Shown here in pieces: positions 35,940-48,911 of a DNA stretch of 64,000 bases (position 1 is the first letter of the stretch; every line of letters begins with the position of its first letter). Under the pieces are notes generated by a model. It made no database searches, was not told the origin of the DNA, and saw only the letters and a list, made by a program, of their open reading frames with translations. The DNA is taken from NCBI GenBank assembly GCA_973895155.1, contig OZ316896.1, positions 23,021,722 through 23,085,721 on the forward strand, in the 5' to 3' direction. Source of the stretch: Marsupella aquatica. Its lineage: Eukaryota > Plantae > Marchantiophyta. The position numbers and the translations under genes were made by a program.

Positions 35940-37025
35940 ATACCCCCTCCCAAGTCAAAATACCCCAGCAATACCCCATCGCAATTAGGACTTTCACCAT
36001 CCTCACGGGGGGTAGTTGGATGGTTGCGATGATGCACATCATCCTCCAATACATCCATGGACGCCACATCATACACCTCCACGCCTGCAATTGGAGCACA
36101 TCCGTCTGAATACACAAGCAATACCCTCACACGTAGGACTTTCACCATCCTCACGGGGGGAAATTGGATGGTTGCGATGCACATCATCCTCCAATACATC
36201 CACGGACACCACAGCCTACTGACACCTGTACGCCTTCAATTGGAGCGCATCCGTCACAATACCATAGCAATACCCCCTCGCAAGTAGGACTTTCACCATT
36301 CCTGGGGGGGGGGGGGGGAATTTGATGGTTGCGATGCACTTTTCCTCCAATACATCCACGGATGCCACAGCCTACACCTGCACGCCTTCAATTGGAGCAC
36401 ATCCGTCACAATACCCCAGCAATACCCCCTCGCAAGTAGGACTTTCACCATCCTTGCGGGGGGAACTTGGATGGTTGCGATGCACATCATCCTCCAATAC
36501 ATCCACGGACGCCACAGTCTACACCTGTACGCCTTCAATTGGAGCACATCCGTCACAATACCCCAGCAATACACCCTCGCAAGTAGGACTTTCACCATCC
36601 TCGCGGGGGCAATTGGATGGTTGCGATGCACATCATCCTTCAATACATCCACGGATGCCACAGCCTACACCTGCACGCCTTCAATTGGAGCACATCTGTC
36701 ACAATACCTCAGCAATACCCAATTGCAAGTAGGACTTTCACCATCCTCGCGGGGGGAAATTGGATGGTTGCGATGCACATCATCCTCCAATACATCCACG
36801 GACCCCATAGCCTACACCTGTACACCTTCAATTGGAGCACATCCGTCATAATACCTTAGCAATACCCCCTCGCAAGTAGGACTTTCACCATCCTCGCAGG
36901 GGGAAATTGGATGGTTGCGATGCACATCATCCTCCAATACATCCACGGACGCCACAGCCTACACCTGCACGCCTGCAATTGGAGCCATCCGTCAGAATAG
37001 CCCAACAATACCCCCTCACAAGTGG
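35940..37025. repeat. Tandem array of ~7 units of ~147 bp
   Basis: AGGACTTTCACCAT at 35987, 36135, 36286, 36438, 36585, 36731 and 36878 (spacings 146-152 bp). Confidence 0.95.
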
Positions 37026-37238
37026 GTGGTTGTACGTAGCTAAATTCCCCGGAGACACGTAGGGGAGAGGTCAAAATACTCAGAGTGTGATATACCCTGG
37101 TACCTGTGGGCTTCAGTAGGTAATTTGGGTGCATTACCCCAAGATGGCCGGAATACCTACTTCTTTGTTATCAAACAATGAATTACCGGGGGAATGTTGG
37201 GAAATACCCTGCACCCAAACCATGCATATCCTCCTTGT

Positions 37239-37434
37239 GAGCTCTAGCTTGAGTTGCAGCGACGTCGAATCAAAGGGTGGTGACAATGAGGGCGGATGGA
37301 GTGAAGGAGATGACTGCGACTATGGGATTGAACCGGGGATCTCTCGGTTCCAGGCTTATCGTCTAACCAACCAAAGTTGCTTAATTTAGTCTTTCTTTTC
37401 TGCAGCTCAAGGCTTCATCTTCCGAGAGAGAGAG
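37239..37434 (+). pseudogene. Rearranged DVR fragment: 91 bp of coding sequence joined to DVR upstream sequence
   Basis: 37239-37329 is the reverse complement of 4907-4997; 37324-37434 matches the reverse complement of ~5220-5320; the pieces overlap on GGGATT. Confidence 0.9.
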
Positions 37435-37495
37435 TACTCAACTCAGCTTAGTTAGTGTAAAGGCCCTTAGATATTCTACTCTTAGAGACAACACC

Positions 37496-38792
37496 AACAA
37501 AGTGATGAACCAAACGAGAAGTATGACCACCAAATGAGAAGTGTGTTTTTGATTTCCCAAAAAATGGCAAAAAATGACAAAAATTAATATCAAAAATGCT
37601 ATTTTCAGGATGAATCCAGAATTTCATCCAACATTGGATTTCAAGTTGAGATATTGTCGACCCAAAAACAAACAATTGTCACAATCCAGAATTTCGAGAC
37701 ACTTCACTTGTAAAAAGGGCAAAAACCCAAAACCTGGAAAACAGTGCTTTTCACGTCATCCCTTGACTTTGTTTTTGACCATAGTTGGATAAGGCGTATC
37801 CAAAGCTGATAAGGTGTATCCCCACGGCCTCTTATTAAACCAAATATATTTCATGGAGCAGATGGGGTTGATTCAAGGGTAGAATCCCAAAAACTCATCA
37901 TTCATCCAAAAATGTGCTACAAAATAAAGTTCATATTCTTGAAAAGTATCTTTACAAAGAGCCCAAGATCATGAGCAGACCAAAACATGAACGGAAGCAC
38001 AGGAATGAAGCTAACTCTAAGCTTCACGATACATATCCACGAGCCTTGCTTGCTGATCTTTCTCAAGATTGTGCCAGTCTTCTTGAAATCAACTTAGTTC
38101 AGACCTTGAAAATAAACCCAAAGAAATCGATTGGTGAAAGATTTGGGGTTTCCATCCTAAAAAACCAACATGAACATTCTGAAGGGGTTCTCCTTCGGGA
38201 ATGTTTGTCAGCATTTCATTTACTTCCTCAAACTGGCTTCTTTCTAGTCTAAACATACCCCAGACTCGTGTACAAATTACGAGCTGGTTCCATTTCTTTG
38301 AGAATGATGCATGGACCAAGCCACACCATTGTTTTTAATTGCTTCAATCTTTCCTCAGCTGAGATCTTGGAGGAATCAAATTCATCCTCTATGCAACAAA
38401 CTTTCAAAATGGGCCACATGAAAGTTTCAACGATCTCATCAGAAAGTCCATCCAAAAGCAATCTGGATTCCCTTCCCAAATTTCATCGCAGTTGGTTAAA
38501 AGTTACCATTGAAAAGAATCATATGGGAATATTCTTAAAAGGTAAATCGATCTCAAAACTTTTACTACGTTTAATTTTTGTTTTTTTAGAATTCCGCGGT
38601 GGGATCCGAAATGGGATACGCTGTATCACTGGTTCGTATTCAAGTCAATTTTCCCATTTTTTAAAATCTAAAAACTAGTTTCTTGAGGGAATACCAATTC
38701 CGCATCCAGGACCTTTTTGCCTTAGACATTTTTTCCGTCGCGGGAAAAATGAGAAGTGTGGTCACACTTCACGTTTGGTCTGTCACTGTGTT
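37496..38792. mobile_element. Element C: 1,297-bp non-autonomous member of the same TIR family
   Basis: Left end AACAAAGTGATGAACCAAACGAGAAGTATGACCAC; right end GTGGTCACACTTCACGTTTGGTCTGTCACTGTGTT; CACC on both flanks (37492-37495, 38793-38796). Confidence 0.92.
38089..38479 (-). pseudogene. F-box-like gene remnant inside element C
   Basis: LLDGLSDEIVETFMWPIL followed, after a frameshift, by SFSKKWNQLVICTRVW, matching the two halves of an F-box-like pattern. Confidence 0.45.
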
Positions 38793-39542
38793 CACCTATC
38801 TTCCCTAGGCCCTCACTCTATGTAAAAGAAGTGGACGCCCTGCGATCGGGCACTTTTCTTGTTTACCCCTTGTTATTTCCATTTTACTATTAAAAGTTCC
38901 CTTATTACCGGTAATAATTATAATTATTAGTTCAAAATGAATAAAAATTACCCTTCGAGCGTTTGCACGTCCTCCACGTATTAGTTAAGACTGAGGGCCC
39001 AGGGCCTATCTTGCAATCTTTGCGACAGGTATTAAGTGCTCCAAGCCCAAAGACTCTAGGGGGTATTTGTTAAATTCTAGATTATATCATTCATGTAAGA
39101 ATGAGAGGTACGTAGAGGACACAATGCTAGCCCTCACTGGTGAGTATATATTCCTTAATAGTACTCTCTTTAGCCCTTGCTGATGTGTCATTGTTTTCTA
39201 TAAAAAGAATGGACCCTTTTTACTCAAGGCCTTGTATTCATTATAGCTACATCATTCTAGTGCTTCATTATTTTAACTTATTGAAAAATATATCAAACCT
39301 AAGCTATACTATCATTTCTAAATTTATTAAAATACAATTTAAAAAAAAAAAATGAAAATATAAAGTAACCATAAAACTTGCAATTATGAAGAGCATGTGA
39401 ATTGAAGCCCATCGAAAAATCTCAAACTCTGTGCCCAGGACAGGGAGGCGCCGGCCCAGAGGAGAGGTTGTTGGTCATGGAAATGTCAGAATGATTTCTA
39501 CGTTAGATCTAATTAAGGTACAGCCTTGTCTCAATACATCTT

Positions 39543-39600
39543 TGTGGTGCAGTGGTGGAGGGTTCCAGTTTGAACCTTGACGTCACGAGTTCAAATCAAT
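39543..39600 (+). repeat. Degenerate tRNA-derived head (SINE-like)
   Basis: TGGTGCAGTGGT (A-box-like) and GAGTTCAAATC (B-box-like) at tRNA-like spacing; no acceptor stem. Confidence 0.35.
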
Positions 39601-41125
39601 AATAGTTTTTCCTTTCCCTCCAATTAATGGCAGAGAAAAGGTGACAAAGATCTCAATTAATTAAACCTAAAGGGGTTCAATCAATTTTTCTACATTGAAT
39701 AATAAATGGAACATATATGGGGGTCCAAGTAATTCACACATAGAAAAAAATACAAGGAAGCCAGCCATGGGAGAACCAAATAAAAATAAAAATAATCACC
39801 AAAACAAATTAGAGTTGTGAGACTGAAACAGTGATGTACCATAAGGGGAAGTCCCAAAAAATCTGTAGTCAGTATCTCTAAACCTGACATACTTGGCTCA
39901 TGTATTTTAGCTTTAGTGTCTGCGATGGATCTTAAAGTTACCCGAAGCTCGTGTTTTTGTAAAGCCCTCCTAAAAGTTTAGACAAAATAAGCTCTCCACC
40001 TGGGCCCACTCCTTGGCGTGTAGGATTGGTAGATCCATACGTGTATGGCCCCACTTCTTGTACAACCAACAGCTGCAACAGTTTTCACTCCAATGGTGGA
40101 GATTTAATTTCAGAGTAATAAAATTAAATTAGTTCATGGACCCCCTGGTTACATTTCTTAGGCCTTGTTTGAGTAAAAAGAATGTATGTAATACTAGCTT
40201 TAACTCAAGTTGTGAGAGTCTATTAATATGGTCCAAAATGCTATGGTATCACAGATTATTCTGATGAGATAGTTTTACAAATTTTAGGGAAAGCATAATA
40301 GAAATTAATTACCTCATCCAAATGTGATTTTGCAATCTTCTTCATAATGACCAGGAAAATAAGGGCCTTTATCTTGCGTTTTGAGAGGCTAATGTGGTCC
40401 ATAATGCTCAGCTGGCATACATTAAAACACTTAAGATCTATGAGATATTTTCACTAATTTTAGAACATTAATTAATAAACCCAAGGCACAATTTTTTTCC
40501 ATTAGTTGATTTAGGCATTTAATGACACTATATTTGACCACTGAAGTGCCCTGGGTACTCAATTTGAGTTGAGAAGATTAATTTCTCAAGATCAATTGAG
40601 ATATCTGCTTTTCTCAACAAGGAACCTTAAGCTTTCTAGTAGCTGAGTCCTCTTTAGAATATTTGTCGCCCGATTTGTCAATGTACTTTCAAATAATTGG
40701 AAATCTTGGAGATTTCATTGAAGTCTGAATTTGACAAGTTTGGAATTAAAGGTTAATAGCCTCATGACCTTCACTTAGAAGATAGAGTCTGATTAGGAAA
40801 GGAAACTTGCATTGTTTAGATTAGATTTTCTCACAAAATTACGATGGACCCGTTTAACCATGGCCTGAGCAATTTGACAGTTTTTCAACGGCCACATGGA
40901 TACTTTGCTTTGCAGGCCAAAATTGACAGGGTGATAATCACACATGAATACTCTGCTTTGCAGGCCAAAATGGTAGTTTGCCTAAATTACAAAAGACTAA
41001 AAATCTTACTCCATGTGCTAGTTACACTTTATCAAGTTAGTATTAGTTATTGTTTATTATATGAAAATGCTTTTCAAATTTTTGAATTTAATTTTGGAAG
41101 GTACCTCTCTGGGTCGGTAATGAGA

Positions 41126-41431
41126 AGATTTAGAGAGGCTGACAGATACCGATTGACAGTACTTTACTTATGTGGTCACTTTACAGTACTTTACTTATGT
41201 GGTCACTGCAATTGAATTGGACGATGTGGGCTAAGTTAGCTAAGAACTTTTGGAAGCTACCGAAAAATTCAGGACCTTCAAATGTCCACCTCCGTCAGAT
41301 GATCGCCAATTTTTCGCGGTGCATATGCGGCAATCCCTTGGCCTCGAACATTGTCTAGTCAGAATTGCAACAATAATGACACAATTTCACTATTGAAATC
41401 ATCCTTTGACGAACTCGTGTGCAGAAATATG
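41126..41431 (+). repeat. Older diverged copy of 7242-7525, directly before the duplication junction
   Basis: Aligns with 7242-7525 apart from a 27-bp internal duplication, 4-bp and 1-bp deletions and a few substitutions. Confidence 0.9.
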
Positions 41432-44400
41432 GTCCTAATAGAGGGAAGAGATCAGCAATTGAATGCACAATGATGGGAAAGATGTTGCCGCCCCACAACT
41501 CACCACCGTCGCCAAAACCGTTACTTAGCTAAGGAGAATTTAAAGCCAAAATCCAAGGGGAAGATTGTGGCAAGTTTTCGACAGTCTAGAGTTGATAGTA
41601 GTAAAGTTGGCACTGCCAAACTCAAACTGGGGGGAACGTTGCCAAACCAAAGACACAAACAATGCAGAAGGCTAAGCGGGACTCCACAGCATAGTTTATT
41701 GATTTTAATAGGGAAATGCCACATTTACAAAAGATTACAAAAGGGACATATACATATTGCAATGTGAATTGGACTAGACAAAAACTGCTTTGGCCGAGGT
41801 GCACCCCGGGGGTGCACCAGACACAAGCAATAACGAAGGATTGTTACCTCACAACAAGTTTAGTGAGGTAACCAAACAAGTGTTTGGGAGAGTACAACAG
41901 TGAAATTGAATGATTGAGTGGATACTCCTCAAAGGGACATCTACTACATTGATTTCAGATGATCAGATTTAGAGAGGCTGACAGATATCGATTGACAGTA
42001 CTTTACTTCTGTGGTCACTGCAATTGAATTGGACGATGTGGGCTAAGTTAGCTAAGAACTTTTCATTGGAAGCTACCGAAAAATTCAGGACATTCAAATG
42101 TCCACCTCCGTCAGATGATCGCCAATTTTTCGCGGTGCATATGCGGCAATCCCTTGGCCTCGAAACATTGTCTAGTCAGAATTGCAACAATAATGACACA
42201 ATTTCACTATTGAAATCATCCTTTGACGAACTCGTGTGCAGAAATATGCTTGCAATGGAATTCATGAACCGAATCAAAGGCCAATGACACGTTGGCCCGC
42301 ACGTTGGTGAGAAGACGATGTCAAGGAGTGAGAGCCTCCCTACCCCGATCCTGTTGAAGGACCCGGACCCATTAGTTAACGGCAGTGACGGGTATCCGAG
42401 GGTAGCCACCTGAACACCAAGTCTCAGAGACCAATGAGGCCATCTATGGAACATGAAGAGCCAGGTGAGTCAACGAGACAAACATACTCTATATAATGAT
42501 CAGGTCGACACTTTCAAGTTTCAACATTCTAAAGGGATGGTGGTCCTTCTAGATTGGTACGGTCGGAATGATCGATTGACCGGCACTAGCTTACGTACTT
42601 AAACAACATTTCATGCCAGGAGTCGGATACTTGGCGAATCGGAGGTAGTATGAAAACACTAGGGTACATAGTCAGAGGCAGTAGATGGATTGCAGCTGAG
42701 AAAGTCAGTCTCTGGCCGGCCTGCATTGAGAGGCAGTAGATGGATTCGAGCTGAGAAAGGAACTCATGCATACAAGGCCAGGTCTCGACCAAACTTACAC
42801 TATATCACCTATGCCTCCCAAAAAGTCTGTCACCCTTTTACAAAAGGAGAAAAAAACCTGAGCCAATCTTCGCCCCTAGTCAAAAATTGATTTTTTTGGC
42901 ACCTTAAAATACACCCATACATCGCTCTTATCAAATTTCTGCCGTAAGTTCAAGTTGCCCAACCTATCCGAAATGAGAATTTTTCACACTCTTGGTAAGA
43001 GATAGCTTAGTATAGGGTTGAGTGATCCCTTATGTACGCCCGTATGTATGAAATGCAGGATGAAAATAATGTCAATTTTTATTTTGAACATGAGGATAAA
43101 AATAACATAGTCTAACAACACATTGGCAAGACTGAAAAATAAATGTTGACACCTTATCTAATTAAGGCAGATTGAAACGAAAATACATAACAAAAATTTC
43201 AATAAAACAAATTTAAACCTGAGTACCCCAAACTAGGTAACATCAGAATCATCTTGTCTAGCTTATTTGAATGACTTGCTGTATATCTTTATTAATGTCA
43301 TTCTGGTCCATCCTCTATGCGGGACTCTATGGTGGGAACCCTTCTTGCTACCTTGTCTTATTTGAACTACTGCTCAAAGCCTATATCTCAATATTAAATA
43401 TTCTAGTAACCATTTCTAAAGAGATCCTAAAACAGACATCTTTGAGTAGGCTCAAATTTGTTCAGTAGGGTTTTTGATCTTTTCTAGTGGTTGAATATTC
43501 TCTGGGTTTCTCGCTCTTCCTTGGTTTTCCCCTTTGCCTATGGTAGCTCTTTTTCTTTTTTTCTCGTTTTGTGATACTATACTATACTATACTATACTAT
43601 ACTATACTATACTATACTATACTATACTATACTATACTATACTAGAGACTCAAATGTGTGAAATGTGTGAAACGTGTCCATCTTCGTCGGTGAAAGCTGT
43701 AGGAAGGAAATATGTAGCTCCCTGGCTATTGTTAGAAGACATCCAGAGTCCCAATAAGTTCGTGAAGGACCATGGGTTATCTCGAAAATTGAAGGACCGT
43801 CTCTTCTCTGTGTTGACTGCACGCCTTGTCAAACGGACCTGGCCCCGGCCCGAATCCACTGGATTCCATGCCAGGACCTTGTAGAAACCATCCCACTATT
43901 AAAGGCTCAGACCTCTGCTGAGAACCATATCGGTCTGCCTTGATCACCTACACAATCGTGATAATGCAGCTTTCATTCTTGAGCTGCTCACTACACTGGA
44001 TGCATGCAGACGACTAGCTGGTGTACCTTGGTTTTGATATTTCAGCGTGTTTAGTTCTTGAGTAATGTGGCTTCTGATCGAACGATTTGTGTGATCGATC
44101 AATCACAACAAAAATCGTCAGGCTGCGTGGTTTCTCTTTCTAGTCTGCCTTTCAGGACACAACAACGAGCCGTGAATAGTTAGTTCGTTCGTGATTGCGA
44201 AGCGAATCTGAAGGGAAGAGGCTGAGGTCAGGCTTCCTCCATTGAGCAACAGTCACATATTGGTGCTTTGAGGAATTCCTTCCCCAAGAAAGCATCCCTT
44301 TAAGCTCAACGAGTTTTTCACTGCAGATTCATCCGGCTCGACGTAGCAGCTGTGAGTTACTTAGGAGCCTATCGAGAGGAGCACAACCTCCAGTAAACCT

Positions 44401-44436
44401 TCGCCCAGGGTGGTTCGCCCAGGGTGGAGCGGGGCA

Positions 44437-46761
44437 ATGGAGGTCCCCTTGCTGTGGATATTGGTGTGGTGTACGATCCCCTTAGCTTTCATGTTCCCGG
44501 CAGTTGTGCACGGCGACCCAATTAAGGTAACCTTCGATCACTGCCGGAATTCAACCTCCTTGCTTGATCCACTGCGCGGCAATTCCTCAGAATCCATCCC
44601 GTGCTGTCCCGTCATGCCAACTAGGCCGATCGTCAACGGGCCGCCTCCTCTATTGACGGAACACATCAGAGTTAGACAAGCTGCGCAATGCACGGATGCA
44701 GCTTACGCTGCAAAGCTCAACAAGGCGTATGCGTTGATGCGGGCGCTGCCAGAAGATGACCCACGTTCCTTCTCTCAGCAATGGCAGCTTCACTGCTCTT
44801 ACTGCGGGGGTGCATTCTTGACCGTTAACAGCAGTGGATCTCCTCAGGGAATCGACATCCACTGGAGCTGGCTATTCTATCCATGGCACAGGTACGTCAA
44901 ATCATTACCTGCACCACTACACCAATGTCATCGATTCCAGACCAGTCTAGTCCTTGAAACATTCAGGAGCTGTTACAAAAAGTAATGTTTCAATTGAAGG
45001 ATAAATTAGACAGGTTCACAGATGTTTGCGGGTACGTAGTCGCTACAATGATTTTTCCTTACAGGGTTAATTACGATTCTCAAGGAAGTTTGAATTCGAT
45101 CTCGATCACTGAGAAGCTGATAAGTGTTGCAACTAATGAATATATGCAGGTGGTACTTGTACTTCCACGAGAGGATCCTGCAGTCGCTCCTGGGAGACCC
45201 CGACTTCAGCCTCACTTACTGGAACTGGGATGCTCCCTACAGTGTAGGAGATGGGTCTTCCAAGAATGGAGCTTGCCTGAAACAGGGACATGATTTCCCA
45301 GCCTTCTACGCCGACAATTCCTCCGCCGCATACGATGTCAATCGATCTGCGAATGCGAAGGGATATGGCCGTCTGCACTTCCCCGATGTCAGTTACACCC
45401 CTGTCACACCTGCAATAACACAGGTTCTCTTCAACGCATCTGGAGAAGACATCATTGAAAGTAATCTGAACATATTGTACCAAGCATTGGTGAGCGGCGG
45501 AACATCGAAAGAAACCTTCATGGGTCGGCCATATCGCGCAGGAAACGCGGCAGGTGTGTATATAAACCGATCGATTTGACTGAGAAAACTCTCCACATAA
45601 GCTACTTTAAGCCAGCCATAAAGAAAACAAGACTTTCTACCATCCCTAGGTAGCGTTAGTTACAAACAATTTGACTCTTTCCTAAAGAGCTTACTCGAAT
45701 CATATCTTGAGCGCTTGCAATCCCAACGATGTCGGCTAACTCTTGTTGGTTTTGAATTCACAGGCACTGGAGGCCCAAATGGAGGTGCTGGAACGCTAGA
45801 AAATGGCGCTCACTCTGGTGTTCATTCCTGGGTCGGAACAGACCCGCCAGGCAACGACATGGGCCAGCTTTCACGCTCAAGCCGTGACCCTGCCTTCTTC
45901 GCTCATCATATCAACCTCGATCGTATGTGGCAGGTACGTCAGTTAATTAGCTCGAGATAATTGATTATCGAATACAGATCGATGTCATTAATTTCTATGG
46001 TCATGGACTGATTAAATTTTGCAGAATTATGTTGATTGTTCAGCTCGGGAAAGCTGATATATTTCCGTGGTTGGCTGAAACAGGTATGGAAAGATATCGG
46101 GCCAGTACTAGGTCAGACTCATGAGGACTACTCGGACCCTGACTTTCTGAATGCTGAGTTTCTGTTCTACGATGAAAACAAGGATCTGAGAAGAGTGAAG
46201 GTAGGAGACTCGTTAGACTCGAAAAAGTTGGGATATGTTTATCAAGGCGCTAATGATGCACCATGGGTCTTCTTCAACACTACCAAGTGTAATAAGCTTA
46301 GCTACAACGAACTTATTGCCCAAGCCGAAAGCTTGCCAGTGCCAAGCAAAGACTCGAGAGGATACTACCACCTGAACGGCGGTAAGACATTCACTATGGT
46401 GGTGGAAAGACCAGAGAATCCACACGGCCTTGAAGAGTTCCTCACCATTGATGGAATCAAACTCGACAGAACTCGGAACACAGGGTTTGACGTGTTTGTG
46501 GATTGGGTGAACCCGACCGAGCATTCAGTGCCAACCAAATGCGCTGAATTCTCTGGGAGATTCACCAACTTGGTTCAGAGCCGATCTGCTACTGAAGGGA
46601 AACCGGATTTGGACTGGAAGCAAAGTATTTCCAGAACACTAGATGATATTGAAGCTCCAGCAGGCCCTTCAAAGGTCGTCATCACTCTAGTGCCTATGTA
46701 TCGAAAGGAAGACCCAGATGAGACCTTGATCAAATTCAAATTCATCACGATTGACATTTGA
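44437..46761 (+). CDS. PPO: Polyphenol oxidase, duplicate copy
   Basis: Translations match 9694-12018 (offset 34743). Confidence 0.93.
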
Positions 46762-47745
46762 AGAAGGCCGACTTCAGTGACGATATATCTATACGCGATT
46801 ATTAAACTTCATCGTAGAATCGTACGATGATGAATGATTTGTCGTTTCTCCTCACCTACATATATATATATATATTTAAATCTCCAGAGAGCCAGAATGG
46901 CTCACACAAGTAGACCTTTGACATTTAGCATCACCGCTTTTTCACGTTCCTGATAAATTCAGCTACATCAATTAAATGGGTAGAGTTTCACTAGATCCTA
47001 CATTTGATTGGCGAAAAAAATCAGTGCACAATTGGGCAGAGTTTCTATGGATTTTCTAGATTATTTGTGCCTAAGTAAGCAATAGACAGAGAATGATTAG
47101 GACTTCAATAAATTATACAATTTCTGGCTAAAGTTTCTTAATGATCAAATTAAGGAGAACTATCATTTTCTAACCAAAAGAAAGATTAACAACTCAGCCA
47201 TTCGCATCAAAAACAATCTCTTGGCAAGAAATGGAACAGCTCAGTCATTCGCGCACCTCTCAGTGCTCCAGACTGTGTTCGCATTTTACTAACGGTATGT
47301 AAACTGTTGTACTTAGAACCCTCGATAGAATCTAAGCTCTCGGTCAAAATTTATTTAGCGTGTGTAGTGATTGAACGCACAAGAAGGAAAACTCTCTGTT
47401 TGTCACCGTTCATCGTTCGTAAGTAGCATCCCTGTTCCGGTGTTTGTTGGCATTTTTTGTTTGGAGCGCACAACGTACCGTAATTTCTTGTTACCGATTC
47501 GCCATCCCAGTAGGGTCTAGGTCACCTAAACAATGGTCAGATTGTCAAAGACGTGGACCACCCCATGAAGAGAATCCGTAATCTGTGGTTGGAATAGAGT
47601 TGTCTCATCGTGCATCTCTTTCGTACCAGTGAATAACATGATTGCATTTTGAAAGGGAGTGGTGACGATGCGAGTTTTGTCATGTTTTGTTCCAATTTTG
47701 GAGATTAGATCGTGAAGAATAGTTCCTGCTTCATGAACTTAGCTG

Positions 47746-48911
47746 TCATCGTCGATTCCCGTTTTTTAAAACCTCGGGAAATGTTTCACTTAATTCTATG
47801 ACACTCCATTGGTTCTCGAAATGGAGGAGTTCATGCACTGCATTCTCAAGTTCCACTGTCTCTCCCAAGAGGGACTTGAGGCTGAAAGTGAGAGCACTGA
47901 AGGAGAGCATTGCCGAGTTACTGAGCAATGATCCAGCCGGATTTTCCCTCTTCGCTGCAATGAATCCAGAAACTACCTCCTCATAGCGGCCCTCAAAGGC
48001 CTCCATAGTTGACTGCATACTCAGAGGAGTTCCATCAATAGCTCGCTGCGTGCACTGCAGGAGCAAGAGAGGGTGGACATGACCAGCCAATTCGCGAAGA
48101 TCGCCCATGGATCGCGAACCTTGAGTTGGTCCCAGCCCCTTTTCTTCGTCATCCACCCACGTCCATTTCTTGCTCAAGTGAACAATGTTGTGTTTCTTGA
48201 CCTGTAATACCCGTTGGAGAAGATCTAAGGATGACAAAACTTCGTCTTCCAAAGCAACTAAAGATGTTTGAAGAGGCCCCACTAACATCTCGATCTGCTC
48301 CTTCAAGCAGTCTTCAGTTGCTGCGTGTAATGAACAAACCATGAAGAACAAGAGATCGAGCATGCGTCCTTGTATGTGGTTAAGCTTGGAATAGATCTCC
48401 ATAGGGAATGGAACATTCCACAAATCTGGTTCCATGATTGCCTCACTTTGTAGATCAGCTTGCTCGGCAAAGCTGGCCCTTAGCTCTTGCTCAAGCTTTT
48501 TGATCCCTTGCACTACCATCCGACGATGTTTGGGACAATAGTTCCCTGTGTATGCAGCAATCACACTCGCAACACAGTCTCTCAAACCCGTCAAACTCGA
48601 AACAAGATTCTCTCTACATAGGGATTTTGCTCTGTTTGGCCACACGACTATCTCCACAATGACCAAACTCAAGACCCCAATGAAATTTTCTACTATACGA
48701 ACTAAGGCAAATTCTTGAATGCTATTGACCTTAACACGGGCTGGACCTAACATAATTATGGCTGCGGTCAGCCCAGCAATTACTCCAGCAGGTCCAAATA
48801 TCCTGCAGAAACGGAGATAGCTTAGGAGTGTGACCCATGGAATCAAAGAAATAAGGATCAGGTAAGGATGATTATGCGTGATCAATATCGCCAAATAGCC
48901 ATAGATAGCCC
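47746..48911 (-). pseudogene. Aromatic-acid-exporter/FUSC-like fragment, duplicate copy
   Basis: Same 382-aa frame as 13003-14151. Confidence 0.7.

Larger units (their letters stand above)
6707..41430. repeat. Tandem segmental duplication, copy 1 (~34.7 kb unit)
   Basis: Sequence from TGGTCCTAATAGAGGG (6707) recurs at 41430. ORFs recur at offsets 34723, 34743 and 34739; the offset changes match microsatellite length differences. Confidence 0.97.

Noticed and set aside
35940-37025. CRISPR-like array
   Set aside because: Whole units are repeated with no unique spacers, and there are no cas genes in this eukaryotic context.
38829-38862. Hairpin GCCC...GGGC followed by TTTTCTTGT as a Helitron 3' end
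   Set aside because: The stem is short and imperfect, there is no CTRR, and no matching 5' end was found.
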